From assembly GCA_964016885.1 (NCBI GenBank), contig OZ024742.1, positions 47,430,001 to 47,494,000 of the forward strand: a DNA stretch of 64,000 nt, written 5' to 3'. Positions within the stretch are counted from its first letter, which is position 1. Every line of letters begins with the position of its first letter. The position numbers and the translations under genes were made by a program. The notes under the pieces are model-generated. The model worked only from the letters and a program-made list of their open reading frames with translations. It did not search any database and was not told the DNA's origin. The stretch comes from Eledone cirrhosa. Its lineage: Eukaryota. Positions 15,269 to 29,406 of the stretch are shown one piece after another.

Positions 15269-15499
15269 CTTAACTATTTATGTGTTCCCTATTGTTACGA
15301 TTTTGTAGTTTAGATTCTTCATTATTTTAATACGTTCTGTATTACCCCATAGATGTTTGTTAGTATTATGTATCTTATTTTGTGAGTTGTTTTGTAACTT
15401 TTGAATCACCTTGAAATAGATAACAGGTATACAAGGGCATGCATCCCGGAACTCAGAGATTGATCGATTGCTTACTGATTGACAATAGAGGAGTCCTTT

Positions 15500-15615
15500 T
15501 AGTATGTTGGGAGCAGATTATTCGTTTATCAACTGAATTATATGTTATGGTGCTTATGATATTTATTTACTTAATAGCTACGTCCCAGTTATTTGGACAC
15601 TAATTTAAAACGGGT
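15500..15615 (+). repeat. ~115-bp direct repeat, copy 1
   Basis: Near-identical to 16806-16921. Confidence 0.9.
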
Positions 15616-16805
15616 AATATTTGAACTTTGAAAATAAGAAATAAATAATCGTAAGTCAATTCTATCTATTTTCTAACTTAAAGAGAAAGCTTTTGCTAAT
15701 AATAATTGTGGTTTCCATCAGAAATCATTGGTGATATTCAGTGTAGACTTTTTAAGGTACCTATGTATGTAAGTATAGATATATGTGTATCATAATGCGA
15801 AAATACATACATAATGGCTGCAATATATAGTATTTATGTATATAACTCAGTAGGAATATGTGTACATATGTGAAGGTCTCTACAAACTTAATAAAACGTC
15901 CAAATTCTCTGTTGTCTTGAATTGAACAAAATCAATAGTAAATAATTGGGTGTTGACTGACAGGTAATATGGATTAACGTCTCTATATTGATCACATTTC
16001 CAGACACCATTGTGTCCGAAGTAATGCAGTAAATATATGTTAGAAAAGTCTTCTGTCAATCAATAAACACATAATAATATATAAAAGTATACTCTCGATA
16101 TATATAATACACATATTTAGAAATGAATTTGCCAATAATGATTTGCAAAGAAAAACTTTAAGCACTCTTTAGGACAAATTAATATCCAAATATTTGCATG
16201 AAATGAATATACAGCGTCGGAATTACATCATTAAGTGTTATGTGTGAAACCAAACAAAGTTAATTGAGAAACCAGTAACAAGATGGGTAAAAAGCATAAC
16301 ATAAGTTGATTTAATTGGGGTCCTATACATGTTCATGTGATTTACTACGAATTACAGTCAAATACGGCTAATATCACCCCGCCCGTACATTTTAAAAGAC
16401 ATATATTATGAATTCACTAATGTGAAGTTACAAAATGGCGTAAATCATAAATGCACTACATAATCTTTAAGTTAGACACGTTCGTAGAGACATACTTTTA
16501 AAAGTGTCAGGCATTACATAGAATATCTAGTAACAGTTACCCGGTAGGATAATAACTACATTAAAGAAACATGCTCATTTATTCTTGTTCAATTGTACAA
16601 ATATAACAAAAAAATCGCAAGGAGACAATATCACAAAGGTTCAGGGATTATTTGGCATTTTTCTGATGCAACCCTTTATTACTCTGATAAAGCAAAAGCA
16701 ATGAATACACCCAGTTCCAACTTTAGTGAATGTTTATTTTTTTTCCTACTATCATATATACTAAAATATAAAGGTATATATAATGCGCCTATTACGTTAA
16801 ACTTG

Positions 16806-16921
16806 TAGCATGTTGAGAGCAGATTATTCGTTTATCAACTTTATCATATTTTATGGTGCTTATGATATTTATTTACTTAATAGCTCCGTCCCAGTTATTT
16901 GGACACTAATTTAAAACGGGT
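16806..16921 (+). repeat. ~115-bp direct repeat, copy 2
   Basis: Near-identical to 15500-15615. Confidence 0.9.
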
Positions 16922-17304
16922 GAAATTGAAGGATAGAGAGTAAAAAGATGAAGGAATGAAAAATATGTTTGTCGGAAAAAAGCATGTGTGTATTTAATCA
17001 GCCATTTTGAAGAAAAATGTATATGAATAAAAGCAATGCTTAAACCTCAGCGTATATATCTGTTAGCATACAGGAGTATATAAACAAAATAAACAAGTTG
17101 GTTCAATGAGAGGAATAAGAAATATCCATTGATAATACGATATAAATTTGCAGTAAGTTGTATTTGGTTCTAAAAACCAGTCCAGGGGGTATTTTATTTG
17201 AAATTCAGAGACAAAAGAGAGAATACATTGCTTAACTAAGAGAAGGTTATATTAGTGTAGCGCCAGAAGGATAGAAACAATATAGAGACAAACAATAGGT
17301 AACT

Positions 17305-17352
<48 letters not shown>

Positions 17353-17407
17353 CAATAGAGAGATAGATAGATAGATAGAGAGAGAGATAGAGAGAGAGAG
17401 AAAGAGA

Positions 17408-17545
17408 GAAGAAGAAGAAGAAGAAGAAGAAGAAGAAGAAGAAGAAGAAGAAGAAGAAGAAGAAGAAGAAGAAGAAGAAGAAGAAGAAGAAGAAGAAGAA
17501 GAAGAAGAAGAAGAAGAAGAAGAAGAAGAAGAAGAAGAAGAAGAA
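17408..17545 (+). repeat. (GAA)n microsatellite
   Basis: Pure trinucleotide run. Confidence 0.98.
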
Positions 17546-18720
17546 TGGGGGAAATGAGAAAGAAAAAGTTATAAAAATATAACGAGATACAGAATGAAAA
17601 CGAAAAACAAAGTCGGAAAGAAATACGGAAAAGCGAAAAGAATGATAAACCTAGTAATGAAAGGAAGAAACTACTAAAATGATTTCTTGATCATTTTAGA
17701 ATATCCACTAAACATAAAGGAAAAAATAACGTGGAATTGGATGAACGAAACAGCAAGAGAAACGTATAGCAGCCATTTCGTGATAACATGACATGCAACG
17801 ACTTTGTTATGATACTCAGTTCTCTTTTCTAATCAACCTTAGATTGTGTTTGCACTAAACACATCCAGCTACTTTTGATTGTGACAAGTCATAAAAATGA
17901 TTTGGAGCTCTGGGCATATGTTTATTTATTTTTATTTCGTTATTTTTGTTCCGTCGATTTCATCGAATAACTTAACTCCATTCAGCGTCTATTATTCTCA
18001 CAGATCAAGTGGATGTACTAGAGCGGCAGTGTTAGGAGCAGTGATGTGAAATTTTAAGGTATTGTATTATTGATGGATTGATTCAAAGTTCCTCATCCAA
18101 TTAGAGATCTTCTCTTTAATTGCCCCAAGCCGTACTATTGTAAGGATTTGATCTTTTATTCGATTTTACCGAAAATACGTTTTCAATGGCCTTTTTCCAT
18201 AGCTGGTTTCTTGTTTCTTGAATTCTTTAGCATAACAATTTATTTACAGGTAGACATGTACATTAAAGTTTATATAAAACACACGTATACAAAAAATCAT
18301 ATAAGCTGTCAAACAAAGACATAAATATATGAATTCGAACGACAGAAATATCTCTATCTATCTCTCTTTTGCCTGATATTTATGTGGTACTCTGTTTCTC
18401 GCTCCTACTTTCTTTCTGTATATCTCTAACTCCGTTGATCGATACCTATATATCTCAAAATCTCTCTTGCACATATAAATATATACATTCTTTCATATAT
18501 ATTTAGAAATAAAATAAAAATTAAGATATACAATAGCTCTCAATCGTCATATGCCTACATTACGAATCCGCTTCAAACGTTCCTCGGTTCTGGTAAGAAG
18601 ATCGTTTCATGGAGTTGATGACCAAAGATCCCAGATACGGTACGCAGTTTTATTTTCTATATTGGACTCCCCCTCTGTTATATGCTATGATACGGTTTCA
18701 TGCCAAACATTCACGTCACA

Positions 18721-18913
18721 CGGTGAATTGGCAGTATCGGTAGAGAGTCGGACACCATGCTTCCCAGCATAGTTACGTCTCTTTACGGTCTGAGTTCAAA
18801 TCTGGCTGAGGTTAACTTTGCCTTTCATCTTACGGGGTCGATAAAATAAAGTACCAGTAATGTACTGGGTAATTGCTGGCCTTGCGCCAAAAAGTAGAAA
18901 CAATTATTATTAT
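18721..18913 (+). mobile_element. tRNA-derived SINE, short form
   Basis: A-box TGGCAGTATCGG, B-box GAGTTCAAAT, Meta-like core, ATT tail. Confidence 0.9.
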
Positions 18914-19051
18914 ACACTCACCCATATACATCGTTTATTTAGCCGGATCATCTCACCACATATACACAAGGATATATGTATATATATATATATATATATA
19001 ATTTGTATAACGGAGGAAGTGTGGTAAGGAACCAGGGTCTTGAACAACTTC

Positions 19052-19084
<33 letters not shown>

Positions 19085-19243
19085 CAGGGGGAACAAGAGA
19101 TAGATAGATAGAAAGACTTGGTTCCATACCAAATGAGCAAACCATTTATGAGGACACGCGTTTCACTCGAAGGATTGTTAACTGAGTGCTCTACCAACGA
19201 CAAATCTATCCTTCTGGTTTACTTACCACTACACACACACACG

Positions 19244-19305
<62 letters not shown>

Positions 19306-19700
19306 ATTCTATGTTTGTGTATAGTGAAGGCGTTTAGCTGAGAAGTTGAGAGATATAGAGGTGCAAAAATAAGCAATGCATAGTGCTCCGAGAGAATATA
19401 AGTAAGCGGAGGATCCAAAAGTAAAAGAGGTGAAAATAATAGTCGCTTCACAACAGAATCAATGATAAAACTAGTAACAGCTTTGAAAATAATACACTTC
19501 GCTGTGAATCGGCATACGCGCGGTCAAATTATTGAAAACTGCAAATGAAACTTAGAAACACACACGCCCACACATATATATATGTACATATATATATGCT
19601 TTTAGATTCACCTGATTAAAGAAACAATTGTTTATCCAGTAAATGAAGCCTATTGTAATTCCGACCATGTTATTCCTCATTATTTTGCTATATATATATA

Positions 19701-19955
19701 TTCCCAATTACCCACTCTACTACCCAAAGTGTCTAGTAGTGTGGTGCGTTATTGTCCACCAGGTTACTTACTACACTTTCTTCGTTATATTTATATATAT
19801 ATAACGCACCGGAGTACTCGATACTGTGGGTGGTAGAGTGGGTAATAGGAAAAGAGTCAGGACCCCGACGGCTGAGCTCCGGCCGTTTCGACAGGTAGTT
19901 CTGAACTCACTGTCGAAACAGCCGGAGCTCAGCCTCCATGTCCTGACTCTTTTAT
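19701..19955. mobile_element. Inverted fragments of a PLE-LTR-like 3' end carrying the 3' half of an HHR
   Basis: Inverted matches TTACCCACTCTAC/GTAGAGTGGGTAA and AAGAGTCAGGAC..GAGCTCCGG..TTTCGACAG / CTGTCGAAA..CCGGAGCTC..GTCCTGACTCTT. Same family as 19008-19052 and 53908-54150. Bounded by (TA)n. Confidence 0.65.
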
Positions 19956-20301
19956 TTATATATATATATATATATCATAAATCATGTCCTTAGAATTATT
20001 ACATAAAATATATACCATTTCCTCTCCCAATTAGCATAACTAACCATATAAAAAAATCAATTAGACCAGGCTATAAGAATAAAAGCTCCTATGAAGAAAT
20101 ATCTGATAAACAAACGAAAGCGGCCTCTTCGCGGTGCCCCAATAGAGTATTTACGCAACATTTCAGCAGCATGTAGAAACTGACTAAATATACCGTCAAC
20201 CATACACAATTAGGTGTAAATTTACACTTAGAAGAAACATGTACATACCGTAATTTCATCTCTACCATGGTTTCGTCCGCATATTTAGATATCCTACTAT
20301 T

Positions 20302-21138
20302 GAGTTAACAATATATTTAGAAACACACAGATACATGCGGACACACACATATATACATGAATGCATCCGCACCCAACTGTGAGTTAAGGGTGCCAACTTC
20401 ACCGATGTTGCTCAATGAATGACTGGGACAGACCAATCCAGTTGAACCAGACTGAACCAGTATCAGAGTTAAAAATACATTATGAATTGGGTGCGGATGC
20501 ATTCATGTATATATGTGTGTGTCCGCATGTATCTGTGTGTTTCTAAATATATTGTTAATAACTCCCTCTGGTCGAGCAATCTTTGAAGTGTGGGGACAGC
20601 TGGAAAGCTTCCATTACTCATACTTCTCGCCTCCTTCACCACCTCTTCTACGGCCTCGATATAAATACCCCCTCCGCCTCCGTGGTATTTTCTTCGGGGT
20701 TATAAGAGGCTTAGCTCTGTTTCTCGACCGTTATATCGCGTGACTATCTCCCCCTCCGCCTTTTGGGATTCTTTCTCACGTCGTGTAGACGCGTTCTTGA
20801 GACTAGTAAAATGAGGTATCCTCTTGATAAGTCGGCAGACCTCGCAGGGACTCTATATCTTTATGATATATTGTTTTTGTTTATGCAACGAAACTACGTA
20901 GTCGAGGAATTTAGAAGCAGTTTAGGTATGATACATTTTATTACTAATTATATCTAAATGTTTCTCCTCTCTTCATAATGTATTTTTAACTCTGATACTG
21001 GTTCAGTCTGGTTCAACTGGATTGGTCTGTCCCAGTCATTCATTGAGCAACATCGGTGAAGTTGGCACCCTTAACTCACAGTTGGGTGCGGATGCATTCA
21101 TGTATATATGTGTGTGTCCGCATGTATCTGTGTGTTTC

Positions 21139-21146
<8 letters not shown>
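20302..21146. mobile_element. Retrozyme/PLE-LTR-like element: inverted 3' copy plus partial tandem dimer (595-bp period)
   Basis: 20311-20486 is the reverse complement of 20972-21146. 20487-20550 repeats directly at 21082-21146. The element ends in (TA)n. Confidence 0.8.
20819..20908 (+). ncRNA. Hammerhead ribozyme, U3-A8 core variant
   Basis: tcctc TTGATAA gtcg..caac GAAAC tacgta GTC gagga. Palindromic stem III. Confidence 0.7.
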
Positions 21147-21208
<62 letters not shown>

Positions 21209-21518
21209 TATATATTTCTATTCGATAGGCTTCGTCTATGTTTTAACACCCAGGGGACTATACTGCATTTAAATTGTAAGTTGACTCTCCTTAGATCAAT
21301 GTATTTATTGATTGCTGCCTATCTTTGTTTTCTATATGAAAACACCCTGGTAGAGTGCTTTTGGCATGGTCATACTTGTTCAATTTGAATCAACTTCCAG
21401 CGTGTGTTCTCTGTAAAGGATCAGGTCTGCCTTATCTTCTGTTTCATGTGAAGTCATGCGTTTACGACAAACGATGTTTAATACACCGTATTAAACTTTC
21501 TCTTACAGGGAGTTGAAC

Positions 21519-21650
21519 TCCCCCTGATGACACGTTTCCCCGTCAAACTATGTAATGTATATTAACATTACCTAATATTCTCTACATGGTTGTTCCACAC
21601 GTAACGCTGCAAGCGAGACGGAATTGTAAAAACTGATGTATCGGCCCGGG
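21519..21650 (+). ncRNA. Degenerate hammerhead ribozyme
   Basis: ccc CTGATGA [long hairpin] AAAAC tgatgtatcg GCC cggg. It resembles GAAAC-cgatatatcg-GTC with several mutations. Confidence 0.45.
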
Positions 21651-21735
21651 TATCTCAATTATCCTAGCCACACGAAGTCGTATACTGATCTACGTATGTG
21701 TGTAATCTAATCAGTGTTGTTTGAATATTAATAAT

Positions 21736-21920
21736 TGTTTCTACTTTAGGCACAAGGCCAGAAATTACCCAGTACATTACTGGTACTTTATTTTATCGAC
21801 CCCGTAAGGATAAAAGGCAAAGTCAACCTCGGCGGGATTTGAACTCAGATCGTAAAAGGACGTAACTATGCTGGAAAGCATGGCGTCCGACCCTCTACTG
21901 ATACTGCCAATCCACCGCCC
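21736..21920 (-). mobile_element. tRNA-derived SINE, short form, with TSD
   Basis: Full-length copy flanked by TTTGAA(T/C)ATTAATAAT at 21720-21735 and 21921-21936. Confidence 0.92.
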
Positions 21921-22168
21921 TTTGAACATTAATAATATGGACTTAATTAAATTATTGAGTTTGTGAGGAAAGAACAGACGCCGTCTAATTTCTATTCGAT
22001 AAGATTCTTCCCTTGGCTATATATATGTAATTTTTGTTGTTTTAACACTCATACCAGATTAGGTAGACTTGGAGTCTGGTTTGGGGGTGCCATCCCAGAT
22101 CACGAGCAGGCTGCCTGGGAAACATTTGTAACCTGGTTGAGTAATATATCTCATACAGACACACACAT

Positions 22169-22273
<105 letters not shown>

Positions 22274-22472
22274 CACACACATACACACACACACTCATAT
22301 ATATATATATATATATTTTTTTTTTTTTTAGTATATGTTGGTTGTATACCAACACCTCAGTATGCAGATTGGAGCACTCGACGAAGTGCGCAGTTTGTTT
22401 TGGTTACTGCGGAGTAATGTAAAATAAAATAAAATAAATAAGTCAAATCTTTAAAATTTGGCTTCGTTTATT

Positions 22473-22527
22473 ACTGCTATATATATTTCGGTGACAGCCA
22501 TCTTTGGCTGTGACCTCTTCAGGCAGT
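22473..22527 (-). ncRNA. Minimal type I hammerhead ribozyme
   Basis: Reverse strand reads actgc CTGAAGA ggtcacagcca aaga tggctgtcacc GAAA tatat ATA gcagt. Confidence 0.88.
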
Positions 22528-22914
22528 CCGAATTAGTGTGGTAGACTCGAGTACACATGTTGTTGAGGTGTATAACTTTGTCAATACTCTGATATGCCCA
22601 GTTCCTGGTTGGGTTGTTATTTCACTGAGGAACTGGAATCATATGAATTCAAATAAACGAATTTCAGCGTCAAAGGGCCTCTTTTCCTCTCATTGGTGAG
22701 TTGTTAGAACATTCCTCAGTCAAAAGTCTATAGAAATTCGTTCTGAGGCAAGCCAATCTGTAGTAGTTGTTCTTGTTATTGTTAGGTACATCTAACCTCT
22801 ATTCTTGTGTTGGTAGTGAATGGGAGGCCAGGTGGCAGATAGGTTGGCTAGTTGAAAGAGCCTAATGTTTACACTACCGAACGGATTATATAATAAATGC
22901 ATAGGGATATATGT

Positions 22915-23220
22915 ATATATTTAGACATAGTCACAGATACATATATGAGTGAGGCTAATTTTCACGGTGCGGCTCAATGAAAAAATTAATTAAGCAAATA
23001 ATCATTAATCAGAGGTATATATAAAATAGCAAGTTTGAAGAATAGACTGTATCATTTATCTACTATTTCTTCGAAGTTACATTTTAAACTTATAGCTCCG
23101 TTTAAATGATTATTTATCTAGTTGATTTCTACGGACTAGGGTGAAGAAAGATTGGATGTATTTCATCTAAATGTTCTTCAAACTTGCAATCGTATCTGTG
23201 ATTATGTCTAAATATATACA
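22915..23220. mobile_element. TA-flanked inverted-repeat element
   Basis: Ends ATATATTTAGACATAGTCACAGATAC / GTATCTGTGATTATGTCTAAATATAT, with inner IR GCAAGTTTGAAGAA / TTCTTCAAACTTGC. A related end lies at 3095-3175. Confidence 0.65.
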
Positions 23221-23236
23221 TATATGCCTATTAATT

Positions 23237-23365
<129 letters not shown>

Positions 23366-23482
23366 AATATATATTATGGAATACTGTTGGCTTTTCGCTA
23401 CAATGTTTTCTATACCTTTCATTTATATATATATATATATATATAGATCTAGATATATAGATAGATATAGATATATATATAT

Positions 23483-23936
<454 letters not shown>

Positions 23937-25136
23937 GCATTGTTGGTATGTATGTATGCGTGCATCTATGTATGTATTGGTTTTCGAATGAATGGATTTC
24001 TCTAGTATTTGTGAACAAACATAACTACTACGATTCTTCGTAAATATGAATAGAAACATAATGTACATAAGTTTATTTGTATTTCTGAAAAATATATTAT
24101 TTCCATATTTAATCAACATGTGAATATTGTCAGTACCTTTCAGCGAAGCTGATAGACCTCTGATTAGAATGCACGACAAGGAACATGAAGATATTAAATC
24201 TGTCATTTGCTCAATAAAAATGTCCAAATTACATTTCCAAATATCTCCCAAACATTAGCTACTTCGATTTCGTTACTTAACGTCACATAATAAATGTTTA
24301 TGACATTATTAGGCTGAATATATATCCTTACTCGCCGTAATGTTTTATAGATATTTCAAGAACTAATCTGGTAGAGATTCACGTCAGATAATCCTAAGTA
24401 TAACATTTTGTATCGAATATGCGTATAGTTTATATGAGTGTTTTGCTAAAATCCATTAATTAGAATCCTTTTGATCTTTGTTGTTTCTACATTTATTCAA
24501 TGATAAGTGATGAATAAACGTTTTTCTTTGTACGATTGCCGTGTTCTGTAATTGATGATTTCGGTACAGGTGTATAATTCATAATATAACGAACGTTTTA
24601 CATTTTGTAGTTTTGTAATGACAGTCATTTGCATGCGATGATATTTGAGTATAGTATATTTTGAGAAGTTAGAAATCTAATGTTGTATTCTCCTAGGTTT
24701 GCAAACTATTGCTTATATAACTTCAAATGTACTCAGGCAGTTATGCTTTTAAATATAGTATATTTTCATGCACTTGTATTGTGTGGTTTCCATTAACAGA
24801 GTTTAAATTATACCAAAAGCCGGATCCATCTCAACTATTGCTCATCAAGGTGTTGATATTTACCTGAAGGTAAATGTGTCAAACAAATGGAAGTTAATAT
24901 CTCGTATGAAAAATACAATGTTTTGAAATACGGCAAATGCATTGCTAAGTATAAGCATATTTAATTGAAATTACATCAAATATAATATTCTTGGGCACGA
25001 TGCTGAGTCACAAAGTGTTGTATAACTGGATTGATGTTCATTACAAATAAGTGATTTTCAATTATTTTCTGTCTCCTGACAATAAGACTACAGCTTTAAA
25101 ACATGAGAACACAAGAGACAACGACGGGAAAGTTAA

Positions 25137-25675
<539 letters not shown>

Positions 25676-25704
25676 CCTAACTGTACCAAGGATTACACAC
25701 ATTT

Positions 25705-25741
<37 letters not shown>

Positions 25742-25769
25742 TATATACATATATATATATATATATTCA

Positions 25770-25985
25770 TATGGTCACCGACATCCAGAGTTGACATTGC
25801 ACTCAGTGCTCCTGTGGGAGACCCTACATGGACACACTAGAAGAGGAAGACCAAAGTTAACGTATGTTGATGCCCTAAGGACAGATACTGGTCTGTTGGA
25901 AACGCAGAACATGGCAGTGATAATGAGGGACAGAGACGCAGGAGAGAACTCGTCATGGATCTCGGGAATTTTACCCGCCTTAGAT
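25770..25985 (+). mobile_element. RTE/RTE-X LINE extreme 3' fragment
   Basis: VLLWETLHGHTRRGRPKLTYVDALRTDTG..MRDRD matches the RTE C-terminal RGRP motif. Confidence 0.65.
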
Positions 25986-27702
25986 ATATATATATATATA
26001 TATATAGCAAGCAATGTTGTTTTGTTTAAAATTTCAGTTTCCAACACTGCAGCAATTTTAAATTGGTTTTATAAATATAATTGCGTTCTAAAGCACATTC
26101 CTAACATGTCACACCAATCTTGGCACATTAAAGGTATTCACCATATCACTACAATGTTTTCTTGTATATGACATAGGTTGGTTAGAGAAATATTTGTTTG
26201 TGTTATATCATATTTACTTGATGCTAATTCTGTTAACTGGTGACATTTTGTCTTCAGAATGCCATAATGGAAAGGACCAAGTTGTTAGAAAGTATATCTA
26301 GCGTGTCGGCGTCATAATGCTGTGGATTAATTATAATAAACATTAGACTATCAACTTACTAGTTTTCATAACAAATTCAGGGAAAAAATGTTTTGGAAGA
26401 CTGTGTGTGAAAACAAAACGAAACCCGAGATGTTATCGCATAAATCACTATTGGAATAAAATTACGGCGCTTATTGATTCGCTGGTAAAATCTTATATTG
26501 TTTACTGATAGTAAATAAACCATATTAAATAAACACTCGTGTCTGCCATACCACCACTTTAATACATACACGATTTTTCATGTATATGTATTAGAGTGTA
26601 GAATATATTAATATTGGCAACAGATATTGCATACTATGAGGTTTAGATATATCGTCAGACAGAGATATGAGAAAATGTTTTCGTTAATCATGTTATCATG
26701 ATCTAAGGATTGTTATTTTTCAAGGATATGAATACAGCTTATGCATTTTAACGTCCATCTGTGCTATATATAGAGAACAAGGCGATTTTCTAATGGTTAA
26801 CAAGAGAATTATAAAAGCATTTTCCTTGCCTGTAACGAATGCATTTTGGGCAATTTCTCTGAACATATTGGTTATGAATGACATAAGAGTTCCTCTTATA
26901 TATAACAACACACGAACATTACTTTGTGTAAACAAGCTGCTACACTAGCAAAACTGTGAGGTAAGAAGCTTGGTATTACATCAAGAGTTATTGCCGATAA
27001 GGGTTTCAATGCAATCTTTAACATTCATGAAAGGCACCCAATTCATTATATTATATATAAAAACCTCGAAGCATATTACATATTTTCTACCAATCAAGTT
27101 TCTGTATAAATTTATTTCCTAGATATATTGTGACTCGATATTCCAATGAAGAGTTAACATATACACGCAAAGGTACACTCACAAAATATACCAGCATGTA
27201 AACATATTAAAATATAAATATATATCACCCTGCACCAGAAGCGGTGCTGAAACGAACTTGTCATATAAATCTCGAAATAGAGGAAAAGGTTTTTAACATA
27301 AGGCTTGCATATTGTCCATGCCCAATGCCATGTATGTTGTGCATGTACGTTATCTAAGTATTTAAATCACAGTAAAAACACTGTATTTGGATTAAATACA
27401 GTCTTACTACCTCATCACGAAGAACACAGAAAAACCGAATGCAGAATTTAAAAACTACTATGTATACATAAAGCCCCTCTACCTGCACAACTAATTACAA
27501 GGCACAGTAACGTGTTAGGGATAAACAGATATGTGTGCATTTGAATGCAATGCGTATTGTGCATGAATTATTCGCAGGTGTAATTCATATATCACCTTAT
27601 ATTACGTACGGCTTTAATCATATTCTGGACTTTGTAACAATTTGATATATATATATATGGGGTTTGAATTCTGTCGATCGATTGGTTATTGATTTGGCGA
27701 TA

Positions 27703-27813
27703 CCTGCTGATGAAGCCACATGCGCTGATTATGCATTGTTGCAAAATATATGTAGACATAGGGTGCAGTGCACTCTACTTCTGCAATAAGTGTGGCCGAA
27801 ACTCGAGTCCGGG
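27703..27813 (+). ncRNA. Hammerhead ribozyme type I, extended stem II
   Basis: cctg CTGATGA a gccacat...gtgtggc c GAAAC tcga GTC cggg. It lies in a ~300-bp insert (27659-27960) between (TA)n tracts. Confidence 0.85.
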
Positions 27814-27972
27814 GACTACTATATACACCCGTTTTACGTGTGTTGTATTGAAGCGAATAACTATGTGTATACTCTGGAAATATATACTACATTATCTATT
27901 GAGTACGCTGAGATACAACCAGACCTGGCATTGATAAATATGCTAGGTCCGACAACTCCTTATATATATATT

Positions 27973-28020
<48 letters not shown>

Positions 28021-28307
28021 CGTAGGGTATGTGTAGTGTGTGTATTGTGTGTGTGTGTATGTGTTGCTTTACGCATTTTAATAATTAGATTGCGGCAAAG
28101 AAGCGCATCACATAGAAGGGATTTAATCGATCATATTGACAAAAGGTTAGATTGGTAATAAATTTCATCGATCCCCTATTGTGGACCCTCTAAATTACAA
28201 TCAGAAACAGACATAGATATATGCAAAGACTCAGATATACGCCCAATCTCACACATATTTATGTATATATATTATATCTGAAAATCTGGAAAGTTTGTAT
28301 ATATATA

Positions 28308-28369
<62 letters not shown>

Positions 28370-28410
28370 TACAAATATTAATAAAATAGATGTTCTTTTG
28401 ATCAATTACA

Positions 28411-28461
28411 TTTTATTATACATATGTCGGATGTACAACAGTACGTCCTCATCAGACAAAA
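28411..28461 (-). ncRNA. Minimal hammerhead ribozyme, GAAA changed to GACA
   Basis: Mirror copy of 28570-28620. Confidence 0.65.
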
Positions 28462-28569
28462 TATAATGATACATGACATACTCTGAGATGTTAATTGGTT
28501 AAGATTTAATCAATACCTTGATTAAATCTTAACCATTTAACATCGCAGGGTATGTCATGTATCATTATA

Positions 28570-28620
28570 TTTTGTCTGATGAGGACGTACTGTTGTACAT
28601 CCGACATATGTATAATAAAA
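28570..28620 (+). ncRNA. Minimal hammerhead ribozyme, GAAA changed to GACA
   Basis: ttttgt CTGATGA ggacgtac tgtt gtacatcc GACA tatgta TA ataaaa. Confidence 0.65.
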
Positions 28621-28674
28621 TGTAATTGATCAAAAGAACATCTATTTTATTAATATTTGTATTTTAATATTAAT

Positions 28675-28858
28675 AACTGTTTCTACATTAGGCACAAGGC
28701 CAGCAATTACCCAGTGCATTACTGGTACTTTATTTTATCGACCCCGTAAGGATGAAAGGCAAAGTCAACCTTGGCGGGATTTGAACTCAGATCGTAAAGG
28801 GACGTAACTATGGTGGAAAGCATGGCGCCTGACCCTCTACCGATACTGCCAATCCATG
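28675..28858 (-). mobile_element. tRNA-derived SINE, short form, with TSD
   Basis: Flanked by TTAATATTAAT at 28664-28674 and 28859-28869. Confidence 0.9.
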
Positions 28859-29012
28859 TTAATATTAATGACTCTGGAAAATTATTCCCATAGAGTGCTT
28901 CCAATCTACTGTAAAACTCATTCTTTGATATACTCATTGAATCTTGTTTAACTCTTTAATATATATATATATATATATATTAAAGAGTTAAACAAGATTC
29001 AATGAGTATATA

Positions 29013-29158
29013 TTTTTGTGTGTGTGTGTGTGTCTGTGTGTATGCGTGTATATATATATATATGTATATATGTGTGTAAATATGCGTTATTTGTCTGTAT
29101 ATATGTGTATATTTACGTATAGGTCTGTGTATGTATGTGTATATTTGTATATATATGG

Positions 29159-29194
<36 letters not shown>

Positions 29195-29225
29195 GTGTGT
29201 ATATGTATGTTTGTATGTATGTTTG

Positions 29226-29266
<41 letters not shown>

Positions 29267-29363
29267 GTATATATGTGTGTAAATATGTGTGTATATGTGT
29301 GTATATTTTTATATATTTATGTACATATATATTTATGTATATATATATGTATATATGTATATG

Positions 29364-29406
<43 letters not shown>

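Larger units (their letters stand above)
28361..28670. repeat. 310-bp palindrome (4-nt loop) formed by head-to-head HHR-bearing LTR fragments
   Basis: Arms 28361-28513 / 28518-28670, loop TACC, with about three mismatches near the centre. Confidence 0.95.
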
